Below are positions 26,866 through 36,626 of a stretch of DNA of 64,000 nucleotides, piece by piece (within the stretch, counting starts at the first letter, position 1; the number at the start of each line of letters is the position of its first letter). The position numbers and the translations under genes are program-made. Under the pieces are notes generated by a model. The model saw nothing but the letters and a program-made list of their open reading frames with translations, did no database searches and had not been told where the DNA came from. The stretch is from Myxococcota bacterium (GTDB lineage Bacteria > Myxococcota > UBA4151), in contig JAYZBQ010000058.1 in the NCBI GenBank assembly GCA_036338695.1, forward strand, positions 1-64,000. Direction: 5' to 3'.

Positions 26866-29800
26866 ATGGAAGCTATTCGGTTAGGTGCGTTTGAGCTGCG
26901 GCGCCGGGTCGGATCAGGCGGTATGGGTGAAGTCTGGCTGGCAGAGCACGCCCTGAACGGCAAGCCCGTAGCGATCAAGACCATTCACCTGCGCCAGGAC
27001 GATGACCAGCAGATGGGGCACCGCTTCGTCGCTGAGGTGCAGGCGGTGGCGCGTCTGTCGCACCCGAACATCGTCGGGATCCATGACTTCGGCGTGATCT
27101 CAGAGCGTGCCGCCGAGCACTCACTCGGCGTGCTGCAAGCGCATGCTCCGTGGTTCGCCATGGAGTTTTGCGCCGACGGGGACTTGATCTCGGAGCGACC
27201 GACCGACTGGCGAGGGATGCACCATGTGCTCTCGTCGATTCTGGAGGCGTTGGCGCTTACCCACGCCAACGGTGTGCTTCATCGCGACCTCAAGCCAGGG
27301 AACGTACTTATCGCTCGGCAGCCAGACGGAACCCTCTGCTACAAGCTCGCTGATTTTGGGCTCGCCTGGAGCCAAGACCGCTCGGCCGACCTAAACCGAA
27401 GCAGCCAGAGCGTGGGGACGCCGAACTATATGGCGCCCGAACAGGCGACCGGTCAGCTGCACGCCTTTGGACCGGCGACGGATCTCTATGCGCTGGGGTG
27501 CCTCGCCTGGAATTTGGCGTGCGGTAGCGCGCCCTTTACCTCCTTTGGCCAAGACGCCACGGCGCTCATGAATGCACAGGTGCACGCGCACCCGCCGCAG
27601 TTCCGACCCCGCTTTGCCTTACCTCGAGCGGTAGAGCACTGGATCCGCCGGCTGCTACGCAAAGACCCAAGCGACCGCTATGCCGTGGCTGCTGAGGCGC
27701 TCGCCGAGCTGCCCGGAGCAGGCGCTCACTGTGACTTGAACGCGCTCCCCGTCGAGGGTTCTGCCGAGAACGCTGCGCCGACCGTTGAGGTTCAGAGCGT
27801 CACGCCTCATCACGAGCCGCCGGCGCCCCCGGCGCCGCGCACAGCGAGCCGCCTAAGCACCTTTCGCAGCGCGCCGGTGACCTGGCCAAGTTGGCAGCAA
27901 AATGAGCAAACGCTGCGACCTGAGCCCGGTGTTGGGATGGGACTCGTGGGCCTTCGATCGCTGCCGGTGGTCGGGTTGCAGGCACAGCGACAGCAGCTCT
28001 GGGATGCGCTCAAAGAGACGATCGCCGGTGGCCAGCAGCGCTTGATGTTCATCGAGGGCGCAGCGGGCAGCGGCAAATCCCGCCTGGCGATGTGGCTCAC
28101 TCGAGCAGCCCATCAGCAAGGGCTCGCTCAATACGCCATGGCGAGCTTCCGTGGGGAGCTGGAGCAAGGCGCTAGCCTCGCCGCTGCGCTGGCGGCGCAT
28201 ATTGGCCTGGATCGCGGGATGACCGCTCAGGAGGCGCTGCTCGTGGTGGCCTCGCATCTGAGCCGGCATCGCTGTGACAGCGTGGCTGCGCGTAAGGCGT
28301 ACCTCTCGGCTTTTGACAGCGTCTTGTCCCAACTCGAGATCGAAGAGTCGAGCTCCGATGAGCTGCGGCGAGAGACCCTCGGCGAGCTCGTCAAGCAGCT
28401 TGCGCGTGCCAAACCGCTGATCCTTGTGCTCGACGATCTCCTGCACGACCCAAGCGCCCTCGAGTTTGCGGAGTATGTGCTTGAGCAAGAGCGCTGTCCT
28501 TGCCTGATCGTGGCGACCTATCGCCCCGATGACCTCGCTCGAAACGAACAGAACCAAGGACTCCACGGTGTCTTGATCGAGCGGGAGGCGTGCAGCCGCG
28601 TGACCACGCAGGCGCTCAACGCCCAGGAGTGCCAGGATTTTACCCGCTCGCTGCTGGGGTTATCCACCGACCTGACACAGCGAATCGCCAGCGGCTCGAA
28701 GGGGTCGCCCGAGACGGTGCGGCAGCTGTTGATGCAGCTGGTCGAAGAGGACTGCCTCGAGGTGAGCGAGGGAGGGCTCGACCTCAAAGCGGGGCATCAA
28801 CTGCGCTTCCTCGACAGCCTCACTGCCGTGATCGCGGAGCGGACACGGCGCGCGCTCGACGCGCTGTCACCGGATGAGCGACGGTTTCTCATCTTGGGGA
28901 CGCTGCTCGGCGAGCGCGTCGAGATCTCCCTGCAGCATCAGCTCTGCCGTCGGCTCGGTCAGCGCCACAGCCCTGGCTTGGTCGCAGACTTGGCGCGTGG
29001 CAGCATGCTGGCACTCCGGCGCGACAGCTGGGGATTTGTCGACGCTACCCAGCGCGAGATGTTGCTGGCTTATCCCGAGGCACAGCTCGACCGGGCTGCC
29101 TATATCGCCGCCGCTGAGGTCCTCGAAGGCAGCTCCCGGCATATGAGCCTCGTCTATCGCTGGGCTGCCGCGCACAACCGTTTGGCCGCCGGCGAAGCGC
29201 TCGGCAAAGAGCGCATGCTGGAGCTGATGACCGGGACCATTGCGAGCGGACGTTATCAAGCGGCGATGCGGATGGGGCAGGACTATCTCTCCCTTGTCGA
29301 AGCGCCGGAGCACCTTGAAGAGGCGACGCCGTGTTTCGAGGTGCGGATGGCTTACAATCTGTGCCTGTACCGACTCCACCGGATCGAGGAGGGGCTCGCG
29401 GATATCGATGCGCTCAGCGCGCGCTGGCCCAACCTGCCGACGGCGTTGCGCCATCACGTCCTGACTCGGCGTGGGCTCTATCTCCACCCCAAGTTCCGAC
29501 AGGTGATCTACGAGGAGATGTTGGAGGAGGGGGTCGCGCCCGAACTCGAGGTAGAGATCCGACCAGCGCTCGCCCGCCGCTGTGAGAGCAAAGGGCGCGT
29601 CAGCGAGGCGCTGGACCACTACGATCAAGCCTTGGCGGCCGCCGCAAAGCTGGGCGAGGACGCCGCTTTTCCCATTCTAGCGAAGCGATCGGCTTTGGCG
29701 ATCGCAGCCGATCGCTCCCGGGAAGCCGAGCAGGACCTTCTCGTCTGTCAGCGGCAGCGAGACGCGGTCGAGGAGCGCGCTCGCTGGAGCTTGGAGCGGC

Positions 29801-30285
29801 GGTGGATCGAGTGGCTCGCCGCCAATGAACGCGACGCCGAGGCTTGGCAGCGCCTCGAGCAACAGGCGGACACCGAGCAACGCAGCGCGGGCGCTGTGCA
29901 CCCCAACACGCTCGAGTTGTATCTGCTGCTCGGCGCACTGGCCGGTCGTCTGGACGCCGTGCGCAAAGCGGCTGACGAGGGCCTTGCGCTGGGCTTGGAG
30001 CCGTTCGCCGAGATCTTCGAGGCGGCGCGCGTGATCGGCTATGGAGACGACGTACCGATCGAGGACCTCGAAGCGCTCGCCCATACTGTCAACGCGATCC
30101 CCGCGCGCTATCGCTTAGCCCAGGTGATCTATCTGATCGGGGTGGAATTGGCGCGCCGAGGGCAGCGAGATTTCGCCGCTGCCACGATCCGGCATGCCCA
30201 AGCGCGCCTGGCGATCTACAACAACCGAAGCTGGGTCAGCCGCTGTGATCATGCGCTCGCTGAGTTAAGCCCGTTAGACGTCTAA
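26866..30285 (+). CDS. Ser/Thr protein kinase fused to P-loop ATPase and helical (TPR-like) domain
   Basis: GSGGMGEV, VAIK, HRDLKPGN, DFG, GTPNYMAPE; GAAGSGKS; LVLDDL. Confidence 0.92.
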   Translation: MEAIRLGAFELRRRVGSGGMGEVWLAEHALNGKPVAIKTIHLRQDDDQQMGHRFVAEVQAVARLSHPNIVGIHDFGVISERAAEHSLGVLQAHAPWFAMEFCADGDLISERPTDWRGMHHVLSSILEALALTHANGVLHRDLKPGNVLIARQPDGTLCYKLADFGLAWSQDRSADLNRSSQSVGTPNYMAPEQATGQLHAFGPATDLYALGCLAWNLACGSAPFTSFGQDATALMNAQVHAHPPQFRPRFALPRAVEHWIRRLLRKDPSDRYAVAAEALAELPGAGAHCDLNALPVEGSAENAAPTVEVQSVTPHHEPPAPPAPRTASRLSTFRSAPVTWPSWQQNEQTLRPEPGVGMGLVGLRSLPVVGLQAQRQQLWDALKETIAGGQQRLMFIEGAAGSGKSRLAMWLTRAAHQQGLAQYAMASFRGELEQGASLAAALAAHIGLDRGMTAQEALLVVASHLSRHRCDSVAARKAYLSAFDSVLSQLEIEESSSDELRRETLGELVKQLARAKPLILVLDDLLHDPSALEFAEYVLEQERCPCLIVATYRPDDLARNEQNQGLHGVLIEREACSRVTTQALNAQECQDFTRSLLGLSTDLTQRIASGSKGSPETVRQLLMQLVEEDCLEVSEGGLDLKAGHQLRFLDSLTAVIAERTRRALDALSPDERRFLILGTLLGERVEISLQHQLCRRLGQRHSPGLVADLARGSMLALRRDSWGFVDATQREMLLAYPEAQLDRAAYIAAAEVLEGSSRHMSLVYRWAAAHNRLAAGEALGKERMLELMTGTIASGRYQAAMRMGQDYLSLVEAPEHLEEATPCFEVRMAYNLCLYRLHRIEEGLADIDALSARWPNLPTALRHHVLTRRGLYLHPKFRQVIYEEMLEEGVAPELEVEIRPALARRCESKGRVSEALDHYDQALAAAAKLGEDAAFPILAKRSALAIAADRSREAEQDLLVCQRQRDAVEERARWSLERRWIEWLAANERDAEAWQRLEQQADTEQRSAGAVHPNTLELYLLLGALAGRLDAVRKAADEGLALGLEPFAEIFEAARVIGYGDDVPIEDLEALAHTVNAIPARYRLAQVIYLIGVELARRGQRDFAAATIRHAQARLAIYNNRSWVSRCDHALAELSPLDV

Positions 30286-31170
30286 GGGGTCTGGAACGGC
30301 TTTCTTACTGAGCGCTAAGCCGTCCAAATGCATCTCCATATCGATCCGATGCGGCTCTTCTCGGCTGTCGGGAGCGCGCAGGCTCCTCAGGGTGTCGAGG
30401 ATCTCTTGCTCGGTGACCACAAAGGTCCCTGAGGCGCCGCGGATGCCATGGGCGTAAAACTCGCCGTCTCCCAGGTAGATGACGTTCTCACCGCCCCAGG
30501 CTGAATTCTTGGGATCAGCGCCGGGGTTTTTGTAATAATAATGGGAGCCCGGTTTGAGCTTGCTCGGCACGTGAGCGAGCCGCTTGACGTCGATGAAGTC
30601 GTCGTCCTCGACGCTCCAGCGGAAAAACTTGAGATGACGCGGCTCGGTAAAGAGCCGATCAAAGGCTTCGTCTCCGATATGGTCGAGGATCGCCTTGTGA
30701 TAGATGACCATCATCGCCGTGGCGCATTCAAAGCTGTACGCTGACCCATTCTCAAAGATGTCTCGCAAGGCGACGCTGGGCTTGCCGACTTCGCCGTCGC
30801 CGAGCCATTTGCGGACCTGCATCTTGCCGCCATACCCCATCGTCCACAGGGTTTTGTTGACCTTGTCTTGCTTGGAGTTTGAGGCGAACGATGCCCCGCT
30901 CTTAGCCAAGTCTTTGCTCGCTTGAACCACCGCCGCCCGAAAGGCGAGGTCTTCGGTACGCTCAGCACCTAAGCGCTCAATCAGGGGGTTCGAGGGGCCG
31001 CCTGAGACGAAGCGGTCCCCTGGGTCGATCTCTCCGGAGCGACCGCCCGGCTGGTCCTCGAGCTTGACCGGTGCGTCGTAGACCTCGGCAGCGAGCGCCT
31101 CGGCGCGCTCGAGGTCGCGCAGGGACGGCGGCTGCACGCGACCAAACAGGTGATTAAGCCAACTAGGCAT
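30274..31170 (-). CDS. tgl: Bacillus Tgl-type protein-glutamine gamma-glutamyltransferase
   Basis: PSVALRDIFENG..YSFECATAM..IY; YYKNPG; WGGENVIYLGDGEFYAHG. Confidence 0.78.
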   Translation of the reverse strand: MPSWLNHLFGRVQPPSLRDLERAEALAAEVYDAPVKLEDQPGGRSGEIDPGDRFVSGGPSNPLIERLGAERTEDLAFRAAVVQASKDLAKSGASFASNSKQDKVNKTLWTMGYGGKMQVRKWLGDGEVGKPSVALRDIFENGSAYSFECATAMMVIYHKAILDHIGDEAFDRLFTEPRHLKFFRWSVEDDDFIDVKRLAHVPSKLKPGSHYYYKNPGADPKNSAWGGENVIYLGDGEFYAHGIRGASGTFVVTEQEILDTLRSLRAPDSREEPHRIDMEMHLDGLALSKKAVPDPLDV

Positions 31171-31227
31171 CGATCGCTCCCTCTCAACAGGAGGGCGTCA
31201 TGCCATGATCTCGCTGTTTCGCCAAAG

Positions 31228-32250
31228 TCACTTCGTGGGCGTGACAAGCCTGAGGTGCTCTTCGAGTCGCTCGAGCCCCTCATCCAAGCTGACCACAGGG
31301 TGGTAGTTCAGATCGCGCTCGGCAGCCGCAAGGTTGTACCAGTTCGGGGTGCTTAGCTGGTAGGCGAGGAAGCGGGTCATCGGCGGCTCGCCGGATAGCC
31401 TTCCCGCAGTCCAGACAGCCTCGAGCGTGGCGCCGAGGACGACGGCGAGCCAAGCTGGGACGCGCCGCCGAACCGGTGGCGCAGAAGCCGCCTTGAGGAG
31501 CTGATTGATCAAGGTGCCCATCGGCCGAGGCTCGCCGTTGGAGATGAAATAGGCTTTGCCTGCACAGGGCGAGGGGACCTGATCGAGCGCATCGGCTGCG
31601 AGGAGGTGCGCATCCACGACGTTGTCGATGTAGGTGCTGTCGACCAGCTCTTCACCGTCACCCACGAGCGCCAGCCGCCCTGCATGAGCGCGCTCGACCA
31701 AGCGTGGCAGGAGGTGCGGGTCACCCGGCCCCCAAACGAGCCGAGGGCGAAGCGCCACGGTCCGCAGCGACTCGCAATAGGCGGCTAAGACCATGCGCTC
31801 GCTCTCAGCCTTAGTCGCTTGGTAAAAGGTTCGATGCGTTTCGGGGATCGGCTGCTGCTCATCGCCGCCAGAGCAGCCTTGGTCAGTCTGCGCCACCGAG
31901 GGGCTCGACGTGAACACAAAGCGCGTGACGTTGAGCTCTCGACAGCCAGCCAGGAGGTTCTGCGTCGCCAGCACGTTGCTCCGATGAAAGGTCTCGCGCT
32001 GACCCCAGATCCCCGCCAGAGCCGCTACATGAAACACGGCTGAGCAGCCTTGGAGCGCTTTGCGGACCGTCTCACGATCCGCAAGATCTCCTTGGACCTG
32101 TTCGACCTCAAAGTCGTCGAGCCAGTCGTAGCGGCTGCGCGAGACCGAGCGGACCTTGAGCCCTACGCTGCGCAGGCGGCGGACGATCGCGCCACCGATA
32201 AAGCCGCCCCCGCCGGTCACCAAGATCGTCCCGTCTCGCCAGCTGTTCAT
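31228..32250 (-). CDS. oleD: 2-alkyl-3-oxoalkanoate reductase OleD
   Basis: TGGGGFIG, TSSPSV, YQATK, LRPRLVWGPGD; last gene of the ole cluster. Confidence 0.88.
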   Translation of the reverse strand: MNSWRDGTILVTGGGGFIGGAIVRRLRSVGLKVRSVSRSRYDWLDDFEVEQVQGDLADRETVRKALQGCSAVFHVAALAGIWGQRETFHRSNVLATQNLLAGCRELNVTRFVFTSSPSVAQTDQGCSGGDEQQPIPETHRTFYQATKAESERMVLAAYCESLRTVALRPRLVWGPGDPHLLPRLVERAHAGRLALVGDGEELVDSTYIDNVVDAHLLAADALDQVPSPCAGKAYFISNGEPRPMGTLINQLLKAASAPPVRRRVPAWLAVVLGATLEAVWTAGRLSGEPPMTRFLAYQLSTPNWYNLAAAERDLNYHPVVSLDEGLERLEEHLRLVTPTK

Positions 32251-33908
32251 GCGAGCTCCTTCGCAGCGAGCTGCGCCAGGCGTTCTCGACCGATCTTGGC
32301 GTTGTGGCGAATGTCGACGGGGAAGGGCTCGTGAAACAAGACCGTCTCGACGCAGCGCGTCTGGTCGTGCTGCCGAGCCAGCTCGAGCAGCTCCGCTCTG
32401 AGTTGCTGCTCGCCTATCGGCTCGCTCAGCTCACGCTCAGGCTCCACAAAGAGCACCGCCCGCTGAGCGCCGGCATCACCGATCCCAACGAGCGCGCTGC
32501 GGTGCACGCCGGGGTGGGCGTTAAAGACCCCCTCAACCGCCACCGTAAAGCGGTCACCGCTTGCGAGACGCACCCGCTGCGACTTACGACCGCAGAACCA
32601 CAGCCGGCGTTGCTCATCGACCCAGCCGAGGTCGCCCATGCGGTGGATCACGCTCCCGTCGGAGCGAGCGATCTTCGCCAACGCCGTCGCCCGCTCCCGC
32701 CCAAAGTAGCCCGTCGTGACCGCAGGCGAGGCGACGCACACCTCGCCGATGGTGCCAGGTTCAGCAAGCGCCGAGTTGAGCGCCTCTTCCGTGGTGATCA
32801 CCTCATCGCTGACCTCAGCGATCCAGAGCTCAACGTCGTCGGCGACGCGACCAACACAGACACCTCGCCCGAGCTGGCTCGACGCTGCCGTCTCACCGAG
32901 GACCTCACGGCTCTCGATGCTCGCGATCGGGAGCGTCTCGGTCGCGCCATAGGGCGTGACGATGTCCGCGCCGTCAGGCAGGGCGTCGCGCATCCGCTGC
33001 AGAACGGCTGCAGGGACCGGCGCGCCGGCGGAGATCACGCGCTTGAAGCCATCGAGCCGATGCTTGCGCCGAGCGCACCAGCGGCTCAAGGTGTTCAAGA
33101 GCGCAGGGGAGCCGAACATCGTGTTGACCCCGTGCTGATCGATCGCATCGACGAGCACCGCCGGGTCGACCTTCGCTGGGCGTGTAAAATCCATCGGAGG
33201 GATCACGGACGTCGTCCCAAGGGCGGGGGAGAAGAGCGCAAACAAGGGGAAGGTCGGCAGATCAACTTCTCCCGGCTCGATCGTATAGAGATCTCGGATC
33301 ATCCTCACTTGCGCCGCAAAGTTGCGGTGCTCGTAGATCACTCCTTTGGGGATCCCCGTACTCCCGCTCGTGAACAAAATGGCGGCGCGGTCCTCTGGCT
33401 TGATCGTCACCTCGGGGAGGTCATGCTCAGCGGTCTTGCGGATTAGCTGGTCGAGGCGGTGTTGCGCCCAAAACCCCGAGGGTCCGACGCTAATCGTCGT
33501 ACGCACCGATCCTTTACCCCATCCAAGGACCACCCGCGCCAAGTGCGCCGGAGGAATCCCGATGAAGACCTCAGGTTGTGCCTCTGCGAGACAGGACTTG
33601 AGCGCTTTGAGCCCGATCCCTGGGTCGATCAACACCGGCAACGCGCCGAGCTGAAACAGCGCGAAGGTAAGGCTAAAGAACTCGAGTCCGGGCTTGACCA
33701 TGACGGCGACGTGTGCGCCCTGGCGCACCCCCACATGATGCAGCGCCCGCATGGTGCGCTCGCACTGCGTGTTGAGCTCACGAAAGGTGACCGGCGTGTA
33801 CCGCACTGGCGGCTTAGCCTTGAGGCTGCTGGGCAGCCACAGCGCAACGGCGTCGGGCTGCTGCGCCGCCATCTGAGGAAGCGCCGCTGCGATCGTCTGA
33901 GCGCCCAT
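32247..33908 (-). CDS. oleC: Olefin beta-lactone synthetase OleC
   Basis: ILFTSGSTGIPKG, DLPTFPLFALF, TPYGATE, HRMGDLG, FPVDIRHNAKI. Confidence 0.9.
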   Translation of the reverse strand: MGAQTIAAALPQMAAQQPDAVALWLPSSLKAKPPVRYTPVTFRELNTQCERTMRALHHVGVRQGAHVAVMVKPGLEFFSLTFALFQLGALPVLIDPGIGLKALKSCLAEAQPEVFIGIPPAHLARVVLGWGKGSVRTTISVGPSGFWAQHRLDQLIRKTAEHDLPEVTIKPEDRAAILFTSGSTGIPKGVIYEHRNFAAQVRMIRDLYTIEPGEVDLPTFPLFALFSPALGTTSVIPPMDFTRPAKVDPAVLVDAIDQHGVNTMFGSPALLNTLSRWCARRKHRLDGFKRVISAGAPVPAAVLQRMRDALPDGADIVTPYGATETLPIASIESREVLGETAASSQLGRGVCVGRVADDVELWIAEVSDEVITTEEALNSALAEPGTIGEVCVASPAVTTGYFGRERATALAKIARSDGSVIHRMGDLGWVDEQRRLWFCGRKSQRVRLASGDRFTVAVEGVFNAHPGVHRSALVGIGDAGAQRAVLFVEPERELSEPIGEQQLRAELLELARQHDQTRCVETVLFHEPFPVDIRHNAKIGRERLAQLAAKELA

Positions 33909-34796
33909 CTAGGGGGCGCTCAAGAAGGCGTCGATGCGCTCGAGGATGTCTTCGCCCGCGTCTTCGAGCACATAGTGCCCGCAGTCTTCGTAGCGCGTGA
34001 TCTCAGCGTGCGGCCAGTGGCGCTGCCAGCGGCGAAGAAAGGCTTCGGTAAATACAAAATCTTTGAGCCCCCAACAGATCATCGCCGGGCGATCGCTGAA
34101 CTGACCAAGGCCCTCCTCGACGCCGAGCACGGTCTGATAGGACGGGTCATCGGGTGAGAGCGGTATGTCTTCGACAAAGCGGCGCGTCGCCACCCGGCGC
34201 TCGGGGGCCTCGTAGGGCCAGCGATAGGCGCGCCTGACCGCCGGCGAGACGGGGCGCGAGAAGGCGAGATAGGAGGCGGAGCGGGCGAACAAGCTGAAGC
34301 GCTCGATCAGCCACCGCCCGACGCGGCTGCGCGCAAAGGCGATCGCTCGGGGCATGGGCTGATCCTCCGGCAGCCGAAACCCCGCCGTGTTGAGGATCAC
34401 GAAGCGCCGAACGCGATGGGGGTGACGGTGAGCCCAAGCCATGCCGATCATCCCGCCCCAGTCATGCACGACCAGATCGATGAGCCCCTCTGGCACGCGC
34501 TCGTCCAAGAGGCGCTCGAGGTCGTCGACTCGGTCCTCGAGCGTGTAGCCGTAGTCAGAGTCCTTCGGCGCATCGGAGCGGCCGCAGCCGATATGGTCCG
34601 GCACGATGCAGCGGAAGCGGTCACGCAGGCGCCCCACCAGATTGCGGTAGTAAAAGCACCAGGTCGGGTTGCCGTGCACCATCACCACGGGCGGTCCGTC
34701 GCCCTCGTCTAGGAAATGCTGCCGCCTGCCCTCATCGCCAATGTAATGGGCTCGATAGGGCATCAACTGCGCGACCATGTCGTCGCTTTCGCTCAC
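33909..34796 (-). CDS. oleB: Beta-lactone decarboxylase OleB (haloalkane dehalogenase-like)
   Basis: HGNPTW, HDWGG, WGLKDFVF, GHYVLED; lies between oleA and oleC. Confidence 0.88.
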   Translation of the reverse strand: MSESDDMVAQLMPYRAHYIGDEGRRQHFLDEGDGPPVVMVHGNPTWCFYYRNLVGRLRDRFRCIVPDHIGCGRSDAPKDSDYGYTLEDRVDDLERLLDERVPEGLIDLVVHDWGGMIGMAWAHRHPHRVRRFVILNTAGFRLPEDQPMPRAIAFARSRVGRWLIERFSLFARSASYLAFSRPVSPAVRRAYRWPYEAPERRVATRRFVEDIPLSPDDPSYQTVLGVEEGLGQFSDRPAMICWGLKDFVFTEAFLRRWQRHWPHAEITRYEDCGHYVLEDAGEDILERIDAFLSAP

Positions 34797-35809
34797 CAGA
34801 TCAGCTCGCTCATCGAACAGTTCAGCCCGGAGCCGATCCCGAGCAGCGCGACCCGGTCGCCCTTCTTGATCTGCCCCGCCTCGACCGCCATGCTCAACGT
34901 CAACGGCACGCCGGCTGGACCGACGTTACCCCACTCAGGGTAGATTTTATAACAGCGCTCGCTGTCGATCCCGAGCGTGGCGCAGAGCTGGTCCGTGTGC
35001 ACGCGGCTGACTTGGTGCAGGACGAACTGGTCGAACCGGTCAACCGACCAGTCGAAGAGTTTCCAGGCACGGTCCCAGGTCTGTCGAGCGAGCTTGAGCC
35101 CTTCGACCAAGAGGGTGCGCGTGTCGGTAAACATCTGCTCGGTGGTGCCGCGGCACAGGTGGCTCCACTCGGTCGCCGCCTGGCTGACGCTGCGCAGATA
35201 GCGGTGCCCGTCGGGCGCCAGATCGGTGCGCGACAGCACCATGGCCACCGCGCCTGAGCCCAGCGTCAGGGCAGCGAACTCGGCTCGAAACTGCTGCTCG
35301 GTGCAGCCCTCATCGGCCATGCGCTTCATCGTCTGGCTGATCACGTGCCGGCTGCCCTCGCCATTGACGATCAGCGCGTAATCGATCTGACCCGTCTCGA
35401 TGAGGTGAGCCGCCGTGTCCATGCCGTTCATAAAAGCGAGGCACGCGTTGCCGAGGTCGTAGCTGATGCAGTCGCTCGAGAGCCCGAGCTTGCCGTGCAC
35501 GATGCAGGCTGTCGACGGCTCGATCCAATCGCGGCAGACCGAGGTGTTGATGAGCAAGCCGATCTGGTCAGCCTCAACCCCTGCCTTCGACAGCGCCTGG
35601 CGGGCTGCGTCGGCGGCGACATCGCTCGGCTGAATGCCCTCGTCCCAGAACTTCCGCGCCACGATCCCCGACAGCTGCTCGAGCAGCCCTTTGTGGACAC
35701 CAAGTCGATCCATAGTCTGGCTGAGCTGATCGTCGATCCACTCCGATGAGACACGATGCGGCGGGACGGCGTGAGCCACACTCACCACCGAGACGTTTTC
35801 AAATTCCAT
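34793..35809 (-). CDS. oleA: Acyl-CoA:acyl-CoA alkyltransferase OleA
   Basis: SVCRDWIEPSTA, NACLAF, ALTLGSGA, HQVS, GNVGPA, GIGSGLNC. Confidence 0.92.
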   Translation of the reverse strand: MEFENVSVVSVAHAVPPHRVSSEWIDDQLSQTMDRLGVHKGLLEQLSGIVARKFWDEGIQPSDVAADAARQALSKAGVEADQIGLLINTSVCRDWIEPSTACIVHGKLGLSSDCISYDLGNACLAFMNGMDTAAHLIETGQIDYALIVNGEGSRHVISQTMKRMADEGCTEQQFRAEFAALTLGSGAVAMVLSRTDLAPDGHRYLRSVSQAATEWSHLCRGTTEQMFTDTRTLLVEGLKLARQTWDRAWKLFDWSVDRFDQFVLHQVSRVHTDQLCATLGIDSERCYKIYPEWGNVGPAGVPLTLSMAVEAGQIKKGDRVALLGIGSGLNCSMSELIW

Positions 35810-35927
35810 GCGTCGTCCGAAATGTCGGTTAGCGTGAGCCGCCCTTGCCAGCGCCGTGCCAGCCCGTCAATTCTCTAAGCGTCGCAGCTTTGTATGGGGT
35901 CGGGCACACGCCGGATATGCGCACCCT

Positions 35928-36563
35928 TTAGTCGTAAACCACTCGGGCGCGGCTGGCGCCAAACTCAGCGTCCCACCGCCGAGGCTCGTTCTCCATCGCC
36001 TCGCCCGACGCCAGCGGCCTACCGTCTGCGCCGAACAGCTCCATGTAGTTGTCCGAGCCGTCGGTGCGGGTCGCCACCATGTAGAGGGACTCACCGTCGA
36101 GCTCGTGGCGGCTCAGGTACACGGTCGCCCAGTCGTTCGCCTCTGCGTGGTCGTAGTAATGCGCAAAACTGTCTCGTACCGACTCAGGCAGCGCATTCAT
36201 CACCTCGGGGTTGCGATCATCGAGCGCGTTGCGTTGCGCGTTTTGGTAGTCGCTGAGGTCGTAGCGCCCGAAGGCGTCTTGAGCCCGCTCAGCCGTCACA
36301 CCGCCTTGGCGATCGGACAGCAGCGCAGCGGTCGCCGCGCCGACGGAGCGCACGCTGCGCCCCCCGCCATGCGGCGCCGCCTCAGCGCGCGCTTTGAGGT
36401 TCATGAAGCGCTGCATCTCCGCGCGCTCGGCGCCGCTCAAACCCTCGAAACGATCAAGCCCCTGCGGAGAGGGCGCACGCGGCGCCTCAGGTTTCGCCTG
36501 ATCAGCAGGCTCGAGGGAGGCTCGGCGCAGCTGAGGGGGAACCCCGTGGATTTTCATGCTCAT
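35928..36563 (-). CDS. Hypothetical protein
   Basis: GGAG before ATG; low-complexity N-terminus and acidic globular C-terminus; fills the gap in the same orientation as its neighbours. Confidence 0.65.
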   Translation of the reverse strand: MSMKIHGVPPQLRRASLEPADQAKPEAPRAPSPQGLDRFEGLSGAERAEMQRFMNLKARAEAAPHGGGRSVRSVGAATAALLSDRQGGVTAERAQDAFGRYDLSDYQNAQRNALDDRNPEVMNALPESVRDSFAHYYDHAEANDWATVYLSRHELDGESLYMVATRTDGSDNYMELFGADGRPLASGEAMENEPRRWDAEFGASRARVVYD

Positions 36564-36626
36564 GACGTCGCTCCAAAGCGCAAGGTGCCAAAAGCTGCAC
36601 GCGAAGGAAAGCGCTCAGCGTTGGGG

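Noticed and set aside
33909..34796. Haloalkane dehalogenase call
   Set aside because: Its position between oleA and oleC identifies it as OleB.
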